A stretch of DNA of 64,000 nucleotides from Gemmatimonadales bacterium (GCA_035501775.1 DATJVM010000034.1:44651-108650), one strand, 5' to 3'; counted from the first letter of the stretch, positions 53,287-62,336 are shown. The notes: a model not told the origin generated them from the letters alone. Made by a program: numbers and translations.

Positions 53287-55916
53287 TGGCCGGACTCCTT
53301 GTCCCAGAGCGCCTTGAGCGAGTCGTACACCGGCTTGAGATGCGAGTGGGAGCGCGGCGTGGTCCACCCGCGCCAGGTCCAGGTGGGAAACGCCGATGCG
53401 TGCCAGCGGCCGTCGCCGCCGGTGGCGGGCAGCGCGCCGAGGATGGAGTCACCCGTCCGAGTCCCGAGGGGCCCTGTCACCACGACGCCAATCCGGAATC
53501 CATCCGAGTGCGCCGTGCCGATGTCGGGACCCGCCGTCTTCTCGTAGAGCACGGTTTCGGTCGATGGGTCGCTTACGTTGATGAGGTTCCAGGGGAGCCT
53601 GAGCTCAAGCAGGCCGGCCGCCTGATCCCAGTACCAGTCGGAGAGGGTCGAAGCCGCCTCGGTGCCGTAGCGCAGCCGGCCGCGGTTCACTCCTTGGGCG
53701 GGGATGAACCGTCCATCCCGCGTGAAGCGCGCTCGATTGGTGATGACGAACATCGAGTCGAAGCGGCCGTCGCTCCGGCTCACAGTCGTGATCGGCCGGC
53801 GGGCAAAGCGGCCGTAGTCGTCACCGTTGACGATCGCGTCGCCGCCCACGTAGGGCGAGTAGTCGGGGATGATGCGGAGCTCGGCGTCGCTGGTGTCCCG
53901 GAAGATGCCCAGGAATTCGAACCCGACGTCGCCATGGAGAAGGCCTCCCGGCAGCGCCTGCTGGCCCAGGTCGCTCCGGTAGGTGTCGAGCGCGATCAGA
54001 AGACGCCGCTCCTTCCATGGATACGCCTGGCTGGCCAGCGCGGGGAACTCGAGAGCCAGGTACAGGTAGGACTCGTCGCTGCCTGCGCGGAGGCGGGCCG
54101 GCGTGCCGGGGGACGGGTCGGAAAGCGATTCGAGCACCGGAAAGGCGAGCCAGCGCGACGGGTCGCCGCCCAGGGCGGGTGTGGTAGTGGAGCCTCCGGC
54201 GTACTCGCCGATGATGCCGTAATTCTGCTCGGCGTCCATCGCGTTGTGCCACTGGCGAGTGTCTTCGAGCGGGTTCTCGTAGTCGATCACGATCCAGTTC
54301 TTCTTGAACCACTCGTCGAGCAGGGCGAAGATGATCCCGCCCGCGGCTCCGCTCTGGCGGATCTCGCGGGTGAGCCGGGCGTCGATCGCGGCCATGGCGG
54401 TCTCGTCATGCCCGCCGTGGTTCCACCCCTGCGGCTGCAGGTGGGCCACGCCGCGGCTCGACGGCACGCCGTACTCCGAGATCATGAGGGGGACGCCGGC
54501 GTGGTGGTGCTTGAGGTCGGTGAGGTAGCCGAAGTAGTTGGACCGACCCTCCGGCGAGCGCGCCTTGTTGTAGACCGGGTCGTACAGCATGAAGTCGGGG
54601 TAGTACGGGTAGGCGTGATAGCTCGCGAACCAGCCCGCGGGGTTCCGGGTGGTGGGGTGGACCACCATCGCATCGAGACCGATCGCGTCGTTCTCGTATT
54701 CGAGCGGCTGCCGCGGGACGGGTCGTCCCACCTTCTCACGCCAGGCTTGTTCCTCCGCCCCGGTCGATTCGGTGATGTGATAGAGTGGATCCAGGGTGGG
54801 CCAGTTGGTGTAGGCCACCGGGCGAATCGTGTTGTACCGATCCACCTCGTAGCTCACCAGGTAGTCGCACTGCTCTGCCATCCAGGCGTCGATGTGGAGC
54901 CCGCCGCTCTCGGTGAGAAAGCGGCCGCGGTAGGTGGCTGGCGTGCCGTGGAACCGTTCCTCGAACGCCTTCACGGCGAACGGCTCCCACTCCCGGCCGA
55001 TGATATAGCCCAGGGTCCAGCGGGAGACATCGGCGTCGTAGCGGCCGGAGGCGTGCCCGGGGCGGTGCGGAATGTCGGCGGCGCCGTGCAGGAGATCCAC
55101 CACGTAGCGCATCTCCTGCCGAAACGCCCCCTTCCAGGTGCTGTCCTCGAAGTCGTGCTCCGGCGGCAGCTCGGTCCAGACCCCGTGGATGAGCCAGAGA
55201 GGCCGAGCGGGATTGGAGATGTTCCACGCCCGGAGCGCCCGGTAGAAGCTGGGCGGGAGGATGGTGTAGAGTCTGACCGCGTTGGCATGCATCCCCGCGA
55301 TCAGTCCCAGCCAGCCGGCGTACGTGGCGGAATCGGGTGGAAACTCCGACGGGAATTTGCCCGGGAGCGCCACTCCCATGTTGACCCCGTTCACATAGAA
55401 GCGGCGCCACGCCCGGCCCGCCGTCGGGATTTCGAAGTAATCCCCCCTGGTTCGGGCATCCACCCGGAGCACCCGTTGGCGCGCCGCCGGTGCCGGAGGC
55501 GGGCGGTCCCAGTCGGGGTCGAGCTGGCCGAGGATACTCCGGACCGCTTCATTCTTCGGATCCAGCTCGACCGCGCGCCGGGCGGCAGCGAGCGCGCCCT
55601 GATGATCGCCCTTCCGCCACTCCGCGAGCGCAAGGCCACTCCAGGCATCGGCGTTGCCGCTGTCGGCGCTGGCGACGATTCGGAACAGAGAATCCGCCGC
55701 CGGTACCTGGTCCTGACGGAGCCGGACGTAGCCCAGGCCCACCTTGGCATCGAGGTTGGCGGGACAGAGCGAGTCGGCCCGGGCAAAGCGAAGGCCCGCC
55801 ACGGCGATCGAGTCGGCGCGATATGCCTGCCACCCCCTGGTCACAAGCTCACCGGCCTCCGGTGGGCAGGGCGGAGCCGCGCAGAGGAGGAGCAAGAAGT
55901 GTAGATTCGTCAGCAT
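53283..55916 (-). CDS. secreted TPR + clan GH-A-like (GH17/GH72-like) glycoside hydrolase/transglycosylase candidate
   Basis: Signal peptide MLTNLHFLLLLCAAPPC and N-terminal TPRs. A TIM-barrel-like core has FYVNGVNMGVALPG, IIGREWEP (putative acid/base) and LMISEYGVPSSRG (putative nucleophile). The start could be 55916 or 55934. Confidence 0.5.
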   Translation of the reverse strand: MLTNLHFLLLLCAAPPCPPEAGELVTRGWQAYRADSIAVAGLRFARADSLCPANLDAKVGLGYVRLRQDQVPAADSLFRIVASADSGNADAWSGLALAEWRKGDHQGALAAARRAVELDPKNEAVRSILGQLDPDWDRPPPAPAARQRVLRVDARTRGDYFEIPTAGRAWRRFYVNGVNMGVALPGKFPSEFPPDSATYAGWLGLIAGMHANAVRLYTILPPSFYRALRAWNISNPARPLWLIHGVWTELPPEHDFEDSTWKGAFRQEMRYVVDLLHGAADIPHRPGHASGRYDADVSRWTLGYIIGREWEPFAVKAFEERFHGTPATYRGRFLTESGGLHIDAWMAEQCDYLVSYEVDRYNTIRPVAYTNWPTLDPLYHITESTGAEEQAWREKVGRPVPRQPLEYENDAIGLDAMVVHPTTRNPAGWFASYHAYPYYPDFMLYDPVYNKARSPEGRSNYFGYLTDLKHHHAGVPLMISEYGVPSSRGVAHLQPQGWNHGGHDETAMAAIDARLTREIRQSGAAGGIIFALLDEWFKKNWIVIDYENPLEDTRQWHNAMDAEQNYGIIGEYAGGSTTTPALGGDPSRWLAFPVLESLSDPSPGTPARLRAGSDESYLYLALEFPALASQAYPWKERRLLIALDTYRSDLGQQALPGGLLHGDVGFEFLGIFRDTSDAELRIIPDYSPYVGGDAIVNGDDYGRFARRPITTVSRSDGRFDSMFVITNRARFTRDGRFIPAQGVNRGRLRYGTEAASTLSDWYWDQAAGLLELRLPWNLINVSDPSTETVLYEKTAGPDIGTAHSDGFRIGVVVTGPLGTRTGDSILGALPATGGDGRWHASAFPTWTWRGWTTPRSHSHLKPVYDSLKALWDKESGQ

Positions 55917-55956
55917 CTTCGGAGAGTGAATCATAGCCACGAGGTGATGCGGTCGC

Positions 55957-56340
55957 ATGACGGAAAGCACGGTCGGAACGACGGCGGCACTGGGGCGGGC
56001 TCTGATCGACGAGTTCGGCCGCGGCTGGTCGCGGGCCAAGGTGGACGTGATGATGAGTGTCTTCGCGCCGGAGGCGGTGTTCCTCGAGACGCCGTTCGCG
56101 GAGCCGCTCCGCGGTGCGGACGCGGTGCGGAGCTACTGGGCCGACGTCCCTCTCCACCAGTCGGAGATCACCTTCACCTCGGGCGAGATCTTCACCGTGG
56201 GGCCATGGTTCGCGACGGAGTTCAAGTGCACCTTCCGCCGCCGCCGGACCGGCGAGTGGGTCGATGCGCGTGGCAGCATCTTCTGCGAAACCAACGGGTC
56301 GCTGATTACGGAAATGCGGATGTACTGGGATCGGCGCTGA
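55957..56340 (+). CDS. SnoaL/NTF2-like fold protein
   Basis: 127 aa; pattern FAPEAVFLETPF...GADAVRSYW...ITEMRMYWD is typical of NTF2-like proteins. Confidence 0.55.
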   Translation: MTESTVGTTAALGRALIDEFGRGWSRAKVDVMMSVFAPEAVFLETPFAEPLRGADAVRSYWADVPLHQSEITFTSGEIFTVGPWFATEFKCTFRRRRTGEWVDARGSIFCETNGSLITEMRMYWDRR

Positions 56341-56369
56341 GCGATGGCGCCGGGTCTGGCCCCGGAGCC

Positions 56370-56846
56370 TTACCCGCCGTGGCGCCGCGCGTAGTCCACT
56401 CCCCAGTGCAGGAGCTCGGCGCCCCTCAGGCCGGCGCGCCGAGCCACGGCGACGGCATCCTCCTCGTCCATGGCGTGATCCAGTATGAGGAGCGGGATCA
56501 GCGGGCCTCCGGTCCGGTTCCCGCTCGCGCAGTGAAACAGGGTCGGCTCGCCGGCGTGGTCGCGCAACGCGGAGAGGATGGACTCCATCAGCTGGTCGGT
56601 GAGAGGTGTGGGGCCGAGCGGGATATTGATGTAGGTGAGGCCAAGGGCGCGGGCCTCCGCCGCCTCGTCGAAGCCGCGTGGCTCCATCGGGGCCCGGATG
56701 TCCACGACCACCCTGCCGCCCGCGGCGTGAAAGGCCCGGAGCTGGGCCGGCCCCGGCTGTCCCCCGCTGATGACGTTGGGCAGGATCTGACTGGCGTTGA
56801 GCACGCCGCGGAGCGCTTCGATGGGTGAGGCCATGTTCGACGGCAA
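56370..56846 (-). CDS. DSP/PTP-like phosphatase-fold protein (DUF442-type)
   Basis: CX5R loop FHCASGNRTG; about 155 aa. Confidence 0.6.
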   Translation of the reverse strand: MPSNMASPIEALRGVLNASQILPNVISGGQPGPAQLRAFHAAGGRVVVDIRAPMEPRGFDEAAEARALGLTYINIPLGPTPLTDQLMESILSALRDHAGEPTLFHCASGNRTGGPLIPLLILDHAMDEEDAVAVARRAGLRGAELLHWGVDYARRHGG

Positions 56847-56864
56847 AAACTAAGGACAGAGGGG

Positions 56865-57251
56865 ATGATCTGGTACATCGCGCTGGGGAGCGCCATCGGC
56901 GGCGTGTCGCGCTACCTCTTTGGCGGCTTCATTCAGCGTCTGACCGGAGGCACCTTTCCCACCGGCACGTTCCTCATCAACGTCGTCGGCTCGTTTCTTC
57001 TCGGACTCTTCTACCGGTACGCCAGTGAGTCGATCGCGGTCACGCCGGAGGTCCGGGCGTTCCTGACGATCGGGTTCTGCGGCGGGTTCACCACCTTCTC
57101 CTCCTTCAGCTACGAGACCGTGCGGCTGCTCGAGGACGGGGAGACGGCGCGGGCGCTCGCCTACGTGGGACTGAGCGTGGGGATCTCCCTGGTGGCGGCG
57201 GTGCTGGGTATCGCCGCGGGGCGGGAGCTGCTGGTGCTGAGGCGGGGCTAG
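56865..57251 (+). CDS. crcB: fluoride channel CrcB/FluC
   Basis: GSAIGGVSRY and GFCGGFTTFSSF motifs; 4 TM helices; 128 aa. Confidence 0.9.
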   Translation: MIWYIALGSAIGGVSRYLFGGFIQRLTGGTFPTGTFLINVVGSFLLGLFYRYASESIAVTPEVRAFLTIGFCGGFTTFSSFSYETVRLLEDGETARALAYVGLSVGISLVAAVLGIAAGRELLVLRRG

Positions 57252-57264
57252 GGGCGGAGCGGAT

Positions 57265-57606
57265 ATGCACGGGCTGACCGGCGAGCGGGTCCTGATGCGG
57301 ATTCACATCGGCGAGCACGACCATGTGAAGGGAAAGCCGCTCTACGAGGCGATCGTCTTGCTGCTGCGCGAGCGCCACCTTGCCGGGGCCACCGTCACCC
57401 GCGCCATCATGGGATTCGGGGCCACCGCGCGGCTGCACACCGACAAGGTCCTCCGCCTCTCGGTGGACCTGCCGCTCGTCATCGAGTGCATCGACGAAGA
57501 GGCCAAGATCGAGGCGATACTGCCCGAGCTGGACGAGATGATCGGTGGCGGGTTGATCACCCTGGAGAAGGTCCGGGTGATCATGTATCGCGGCGAGAAG
57601 AAGTGA
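57265..57606 (+). CDS. DUF190-family protein (commonly linked to crcB)
   Basis: LMRIHIGEHDHVKGKPLYEAIV...GATVTRAIMGFG pattern; position immediately after crcB. Confidence 0.75.
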   Translation: MHGLTGERVLMRIHIGEHDHVKGKPLYEAIVLLLRERHLAGATVTRAIMGFGATARLHTDKVLRLSVDLPLVIECIDEEAKIEAILPELDEMIGGGLITLEKVRVIMYRGEKK

Positions 57607-57630
57607 CCACCATCCGGTAGGAAACGCCAG

Positions 57631-59406
57631 GTGCTGCTCGCGGCCATCGCCCAGTTCCGCCCCGACAAGGGAGACTATCCGGGCAACCTCGTCCGGCTGG
57701 GCGACGTGCTCCGCGAGGTCGCCGCCTGGCCTGAGGCGCCCGGACTCGTGGTCTTCCCCGAGGCGGCGCTCACCGGCTACTTCCTCGAGGGCGGGGTGCA
57801 GGAGCTGGCCTTGCCGGCCGAGCGGCTCTTCGCCGATCTGGAGCGGGTACATCGGGAGAGCGGCGCGCCGCCGCTCGATCTCGCCATCGGCTTCTATGAG
57901 GTCTGGCGCAACGTTCTGCACAACTCGGCGCTTTACGCCAGCCTGGGCGGGAGCGATGCCGGCATCCGTCACGTCCACCGCAAGGTGTTCCTCCCCACCT
58001 ACGGCGTCTTCGACGAGGAGCGGTTCGTCGAGCCCGGCCGGAGCGTCTCCGCCTTCGACACCCGGTGGGGTCGGGCCGCCATGCTGGTCTGCGAAGACGC
58101 CTGGCATTCGCTGAGCTCGATGCTGGCCGCGCTCGATGGGGCGCAGGTGATCCTGGTGCCCAGCGCCACGCCGGGCCGGGGCCTCACCCCTCGCGTGGGC
58201 ACGCCGCGGCCGGCCAACCTGGACCGGTGGGACCGCCTGGCCCAGGGCATCGCGGAGGAGCACGGTCTCTACGTGCTGGTGTCGCACCTGGTGGGGTTCG
58301 AGGGGGGAAAGGGATTCGCCGGCGGGTCGATCGCCGCGGGGCCGCGTGGCGAGATCCTGCTCGAGGCCCCCCTGTTCGAGCCCGCCACCGTGCCGGTCAC
58401 CCTCGACTTCGATCAGATTACGAGGGCCCGCGCCGAGGCCCCGCTCCTGAGCGACCTCGAGGCGCGACTGCCGCACCTCCTGGAAAGCCTCGAGGCCAAC
58501 CGGCGCGCGGCTGGCGGCCGCGCCGCCCCACCGGCTGTCGCCACTCCGCCGCAGGCACCGGCCGTCCGCACCATCCCCTCGGCGGGGACCAATCCGCTGG
58601 CCATCGACCCCGAGCTCACTCGCAAGTGGCTCGTGGAGTTCATTCGGGACGAGGTCATCCGGCGCCGCAGGTTCGACAAGGCGCTGGTGGGCCTCTCGGG
58701 CGGCGTCGACAGCGCGCTGGTGACGTATCTCGCCGTGGCCGCGCTCGGCCCGGAGAACGTCACCGCGGTACGGATGCCGTACCGGACCTCGAGCCCCGAG
58801 AGCCTGGCCCACGCCCAGCTGGTGATCGACGCGCTGGGCATCCCGAGCCGCACGGTCGACATCACCGCCGGCGTGGACGGGATCGTCGCCGGCATCGGCG
58901 GCGAGTCGAGCCCGGGCCGGAAGGGCAACGTGATGGCGCGGATGCGCATGATCACCCTGTTCGATCTCTCCGCTGAGCTTGGCGCGCTGCCCCTTGGCAC
59001 CGGCAACAAGACCGAGCGGCTCTTCGGCTACTTCACGTGGCACGCCGATGATTCCCCGCCGGTCAATCCGATCGGGGATCTCTTCAAGACCCAGGTTTGG
59101 GCTCTGGCCCGGAGCCTTGGAGTGCCCGAGGTGATCGTCACCAAGCCCGCCTCGGCCGACCTGATCCGGGGCCAGACCGACGAAGGCGACTTCGGGATCT
59201 CCTATCCCAAGGCCGATCAGATCCTGCACTGGCTGCTGCAGGGCTTCCGCCCGCAGGAGATCACCACGCTGGGCTTCAGTGAGGCGGAGGTGATGCTGGT
59301 GCGGAAGCGACTCGAGTCGACCCACTGGAAGCGCCGCCTGCCGACGGTGGCGATGGTCAGCCAGACGGCGATTGGGGAGTATTATTTGAGGCCGGTGGAC
59401 TACTAG
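57631..59406 (+). CDS. nadE: glutamine-dependent NAD+ synthetase (CN-hydrolase + NAD-synthase domains)
   Basis: Nitrilase-type catalytic Cys context LVCEDAWH and PP-loop GLSGGVDSALV; GTG start. Confidence 0.9.
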   Translation: MLLAAIAQFRPDKGDYPGNLVRLGDVLREVAAWPEAPGLVVFPEAALTGYFLEGGVQELALPAERLFADLERVHRESGAPPLDLAIGFYEVWRNVLHNSALYASLGGSDAGIRHVHRKVFLPTYGVFDEERFVEPGRSVSAFDTRWGRAAMLVCEDAWHSLSSMLAALDGAQVILVPSATPGRGLTPRVGTPRPANLDRWDRLAQGIAEEHGLYVLVSHLVGFEGGKGFAGGSIAAGPRGEILLEAPLFEPATVPVTLDFDQITRARAEAPLLSDLEARLPHLLESLEANRRAAGGRAAPPAVATPPQAPAVRTIPSAGTNPLAIDPELTRKWLVEFIRDEVIRRRRFDKALVGLSGGVDSALVTYLAVAALGPENVTAVRMPYRTSSPESLAHAQLVIDALGIPSRTVDITAGVDGIVAGIGGESSPGRKGNVMARMRMITLFDLSAELGALPLGTGNKTERLFGYFTWHADDSPPVNPIGDLFKTQVWALARSLGVPEVIVTKPASADLIRGQTDEGDFGISYPKADQILHWLLQGFRPQEITTLGFSEAEVMLVRKRLESTHWKRRLPTVAMVSQTAIGEYYLRPVDY

Positions 59407-59408
59407 AG

Positions 59409-59693
59409 GAGCGTACAGCGTTCAGCGTACAGCGTTCAGGGGCGTGAGAGTTGGCCTGGTGCTGAGAGGGAGGGTGGGCGTAGCTTCGCACCGCGCACCG
59501 CTCAGCGTACAGCGTACAGCGCACAGCGTACAGCGTTCAGGGGCGTGAGAGTTGGCCTGGCGCGGAGAGAGAGGGTGGGCGTAGCTTCGCACCGCTCACC
59601 GCTCACCGCTCACCGCTCACCGCTCACCGCTCACCGCTCACTTCTGACCTCTCACCTCTCACTTCTCACCTCTCACCTCTCACTTCTCACTTC
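59409..59693. repeat. mosaic heptamer repeat: two 101-bp tandem units (H2 array + GGGGCGTGAGAGTTGGCCTGG... core), then 15 H1' units ending flush with ATG 59694
   Basis: Hand-counted. H2 arrays lie at 59411-59438 and 59505-59539. The H1' array at 59589-59693 keeps unbroken 7-nt phase. Confidence 0.9.
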
Positions 59694-60158
59694 ATGCCCC
59701 CCTCCCACCCCATGTCCTTCTCCCGTGCCGAGCTCACCACGCTCGTCATGCCGCACATGCAGAACGTGCTGGGAGACCTGTTCGGCGGCCATCTCCTCTC
59801 CATGGTGGACCAGGCCGCGGCGGTGGCGGCCATACGGCATGCCGGCGGCCCCGCGGTGACGGCGCGATTCGACCAGGTGGACTTCCGGGCCAGGATTCCG
59901 GTGGGCGCGCTGGTGACCTGCCGGGCGCAGGTGGTCTTCGTGGGGAACAGCTCGATGGACGTCATGGTGGATGTGTATGCGGAGGACGTGCCGACGGGAG
60001 AGCGGCGCCACACCCACGTCGCCCATGTGGTGTTCGTCGCGATCGATGCAGAGGGGAAGCCCAAGCGCGTGCCGAGGCTGGTGCCTGGCACGCCGGAGGA
60101 GTTCGAACACTACGAGCGGGCCCGGGTGCGCCGTGAAGAGCGGAAGGGGGCGTCGTGA
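59694..60158 (+). CDS. hotdog-fold acyl-CoA thioesterase
   Basis: LGDLFGGHLLSMVDQAAAVAA and VTARFDQVDFRARIPVG, typical of YciA/Acot-type thioesterases. An alternative ATG lies at 59712. Confidence 0.8.
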   Translation: MPPSHPMSFSRAELTTLVMPHMQNVLGDLFGGHLLSMVDQAAAVAAIRHAGGPAVTARFDQVDFRARIPVGALVTCRAQVVFVGNSSMDVMVDVYAEDVPTGERRHTHVAHVVFVAIDAEGKPKRVPRLVPGTPEEFEHYERARVRREERKGAS

Positions 60159-61021
60159 CCGCGGTCGTGGAAGGGGGGACCACCCCCGGCGTGGTCATGG
60201 TTCTCGGGGGCGGTGGCGCCAAGGCCGCCGCCCACATCGGGGCCATGCGCGCGCTGGAGGAGGCGGAGCTGGTGCCCAATCGGTTCTTCGGCACCTCGAT
60301 GGGCGCGGTCTTCGCGGCGCTCTTCGCGTCGGGGCTGTCGGCGAACCAAGCGCTCGAGCGGGTGGCTCTGATCGGGGAGCGCGACGTGGTGCGGCCCGAG
60401 CCTTTCGCCTTCCTGCGCGGCCTCTGGGCCCGCTCACTCCTCAAGCCGGAGCCGCTCCGGCGCTCGCTCGAGCGTATGCTGGGCATTCGGCGGTTCGAGG
60501 ACCTCAAGCTGCCGCTTACTGTGACCGCCACGGACCTCGATACAGGAGAGCTGGTCCTGTTCGGCGCGGACGGCCGCCAGGCCCCGCTCCTCGACGCGCT
60601 GTTCGCCTCCTGCGCCCTCCCGCTCTTCTTCCCACCCGTGGTGATCGAGGGACGCCGCTACGCGGACGGGGGGCTTCGCGCCGTGGTGCCCCTGGAGGCG
60701 GCCTCGATGGCGCCGGCCCGGCTGGTCGTGGCGGTGGACGCCGGGCCGGGCTTCGATGAGATGAAGGCCGGCGGCCCCCCCAGCGGGCTCCCGCCGGTAG
60801 TGGAGACGCACGACGAGGCCCTGAGCATCCTCATGTCGGAGCAGACCCGCCTTACCCTTGCCCTCTGGCGCCAGAATCCGCATCGTCCCCCACTGGTCTA
60901 CGTGCGGCCGCGGGTGGCGCACGGGGCCACCTTCCGCGTCGACCTGATGCAGCGTCACGTGGAGGAGGGCTACGCCGCCACGCGGGCCGCCCTCGCGGGC
61001 TTGAAATCGGGGCCCGCCTGA
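60155..61021 (+). CDS. patatin-like phospholipase
   Basis: LGGGGAKAAAHIGAMRAL, GTSMGA and YADGGL; GTGA overlap with the thioesterase. Confidence 0.85.
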   Translation: MTAVVEGGTTPGVVMVLGGGGAKAAAHIGAMRALEEAELVPNRFFGTSMGAVFAALFASGLSANQALERVALIGERDVVRPEPFAFLRGLWARSLLKPEPLRRSLERMLGIRRFEDLKLPLTVTATDLDTGELVLFGADGRQAPLLDALFASCALPLFFPPVVIEGRRYADGGLRAVVPLEAASMAPARLVVAVDAGPGFDEMKAGGPPSGLPPVVETHDEALSILMSEQTRLTLALWRQNPHRPPLVYVRPRVAHGATFRVDLMQRHVEEGYAATRAALAGLKSGPA

Positions 61022-61054
61022 GCGCATCTTCCCTCACCTTCATGCTGTGATCTC

Positions 61055-61462
61055 ATGAAAGCCTCCGAAGCCATGGTCCCCGATCCCTTCGTTGCCGTGG
61101 CGAACGCCTCGGCCAGCGAAGTCGCCATCATGTTCCGGGCCCGCAACATCTCGGTAGTGCCCGTGGTGGACGATCACCGGACCCGGCGCTTCCTCGGAGT
61201 GCTGAGCGATCGCGACCTGGTGACCCGCTGCCTGGCGGTGGGGAGCGATCCGCAGCAGACCCGCGCCGATGCGATCATGCGCACCGACAGCTGCGTGGTG
61301 GGCCCCCAGACGGAACTCGAGGGCTTTACCCTCAACATGAATCAGGACTCCAACGAGTCTCACCTTCGGCCCACCATCACCGTGGTGGACGCGGCCCATC
61401 ACGTCATCGGCTTCATCAGCCACCCGGAACAGGTTCCCGGGGTGCAGGTGGTCTGGCGCTGA
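61055..61462 (+). CDS. CBS-pair domain protein
   Basis: Two CBS-like repeats (VVPVVDDHRTRRFLGVLSDRDLV; TVVDAAHHVIGFIS). Confidence 0.8.
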   Translation: MKASEAMVPDPFVAVANASASEVAIMFRARNISVVPVVDDHRTRRFLGVLSDRDLVTRCLAVGSDPQQTRADAIMRTDSCVVGPQTELEGFTLNMNQDSNESHLRPTITVVDAAHHVIGFISHPEQVPGVQVVWR

Positions 61463-61464
61463 CC

Positions 61465-61893
61465 ATGGCGATGCCGCGTATCTTCACGGTCCGGGAGGCG
61501 GAGGCCACGCTCCCGCTGGTGCGGCGTGTGGTGGGCGACCTGCTCGAGGCCTACCCCCGGTGGAAGGAGCTGGTGGCGCGGTACGAACTCCTCACCGCCC
61601 CGCTCCGGGCGGAGTCAGGCGAGCCGGAGGAGATCCGCGAGCTCCGGGAAGCGGCCGCGGTCGAGGCGGCCCGCATCAACGACTACCTCACGGAGCTCGA
61701 GGAGATCGGCTGCGTCTTCAAGGGGTTCGATGCCGGGCTGGTGGATTTCTACGCGCTCATGGACGACCGGCTGGTCTTCCTGTGCTGGCGCATGGGCGAA
61801 TCTCACATCTCCTGCTGGCACGAAGTGGACGCCGGGTTCGCGGGTCGGCAGCGGATCGACGCCTCCATGATGGCCGAAACGGTGATCGAATGA
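61465..61893 (+). CDS. DUF2203-family protein
   Basis: IFTVREAEATLPLVRRVV...GCVFKGFDAGLVDFY...LCWRMGE pattern. Confidence 0.65.
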   Translation: MAMPRIFTVREAEATLPLVRRVVGDLLEAYPRWKELVARYELLTAPLRAESGEPEEIRELREAAAVEAARINDYLTELEEIGCVFKGFDAGLVDFYALMDDRLVFLCWRMGESHISCWHEVDAGFAGRQRIDASMMAETVIE

Positions 61894-62336
61894 CACTCTG
61901 GCACTTGGCCCACATCGTGGGCTTCACGCTCTGGCTCGGCGGCGGGCTCGCCGGCATGTTCATCGGGATCAGCGGCCGGCGCGAAGACCGCCCCAACCAG
62001 GCGCTGGTGGTCCGCATGCTGACCGGGATTCACCGGGTGGTAATGCTGCCCGGTATCGTGCTCACTCTCGCCTCGGGAGTGGCGCTCTCCATTCCCGCGG
62101 CCAAGCTGGGCTCGCCGAGCTCGTGGCTCATGCTCATGCAGATCTGCGGCGTGCTCGCGGGCCTCCTGGTGCTCTTCGTCTCGCTGCCGACGCTGGGACG
62201 GCTGAGCCGCCTCTCCCCGACGGGCGACACCGGCCGCGCCTTCGACGCGCTCCGCAAGCGGCAGGCGATGGCCGGGATGATCGCCGGGATCCTGGGGGTG
62301 CTGGCGATGCTTGGCGGGGTGTTCTTCAAATACTGA
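61890..62336 (+). CDS. small integral membrane protein (4 TM helices)
   Basis: ATG at 61890 overlaps the upstream stop (ATGA). Four hydrophobic helices. Confidence 0.6.
   Translation: MTLWHLAHIVGFTLWLGGGLAGMFIGISGRREDRPNQALVVRMLTGIHRVVMLPGIVLTLASGVALSIPAAKLGSPSSWLMLMQICGVLAGLLVLFVSLPTLGRLSRLSPTGDTGRAFDALRKRQAMAGMIAGILGVLAMLGGVFFKY

Noticed and set aside
53340-55904. An 854-aa plus-strand ORF opposite the TPR/GH-like gene. Long shadow ORFs of the same kind lie at 57106..59325(-), 26211..27794(-), 9621..11114(+) and 33390..34643(+).
   Set aside because: All are antisense to genes with clear family motifs (nadE/crcB, MFS, GMC oxidoreductase, MTase). They have the Arg/Gly/Pro-biased composition of non-coding frames in GC-rich DNA. 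26211..27794 would also overlap the tRNA.
56800-56864. Fluoride (crcB-motif) riboswitch upstream of crcB.
   Set aside because: Only 18 nt separate crcB from the divergent phosphatase-like gene. The sequence extending into that gene does not show the conserved crcB-motif core (GGYGAUG...AACYGCC...CUGAUGA...CCUAC) by eye. An Infernal scan would be decisive.
59545-59859. A 104-aa ORF translating as HRSPLTAHRSPLTAHRSLLTSHLSLLTSHL...
   Set aside because: It is simply the translation of the H1' heptamer array, and it then runs out of frame across the thioesterase start. It is not a gene.
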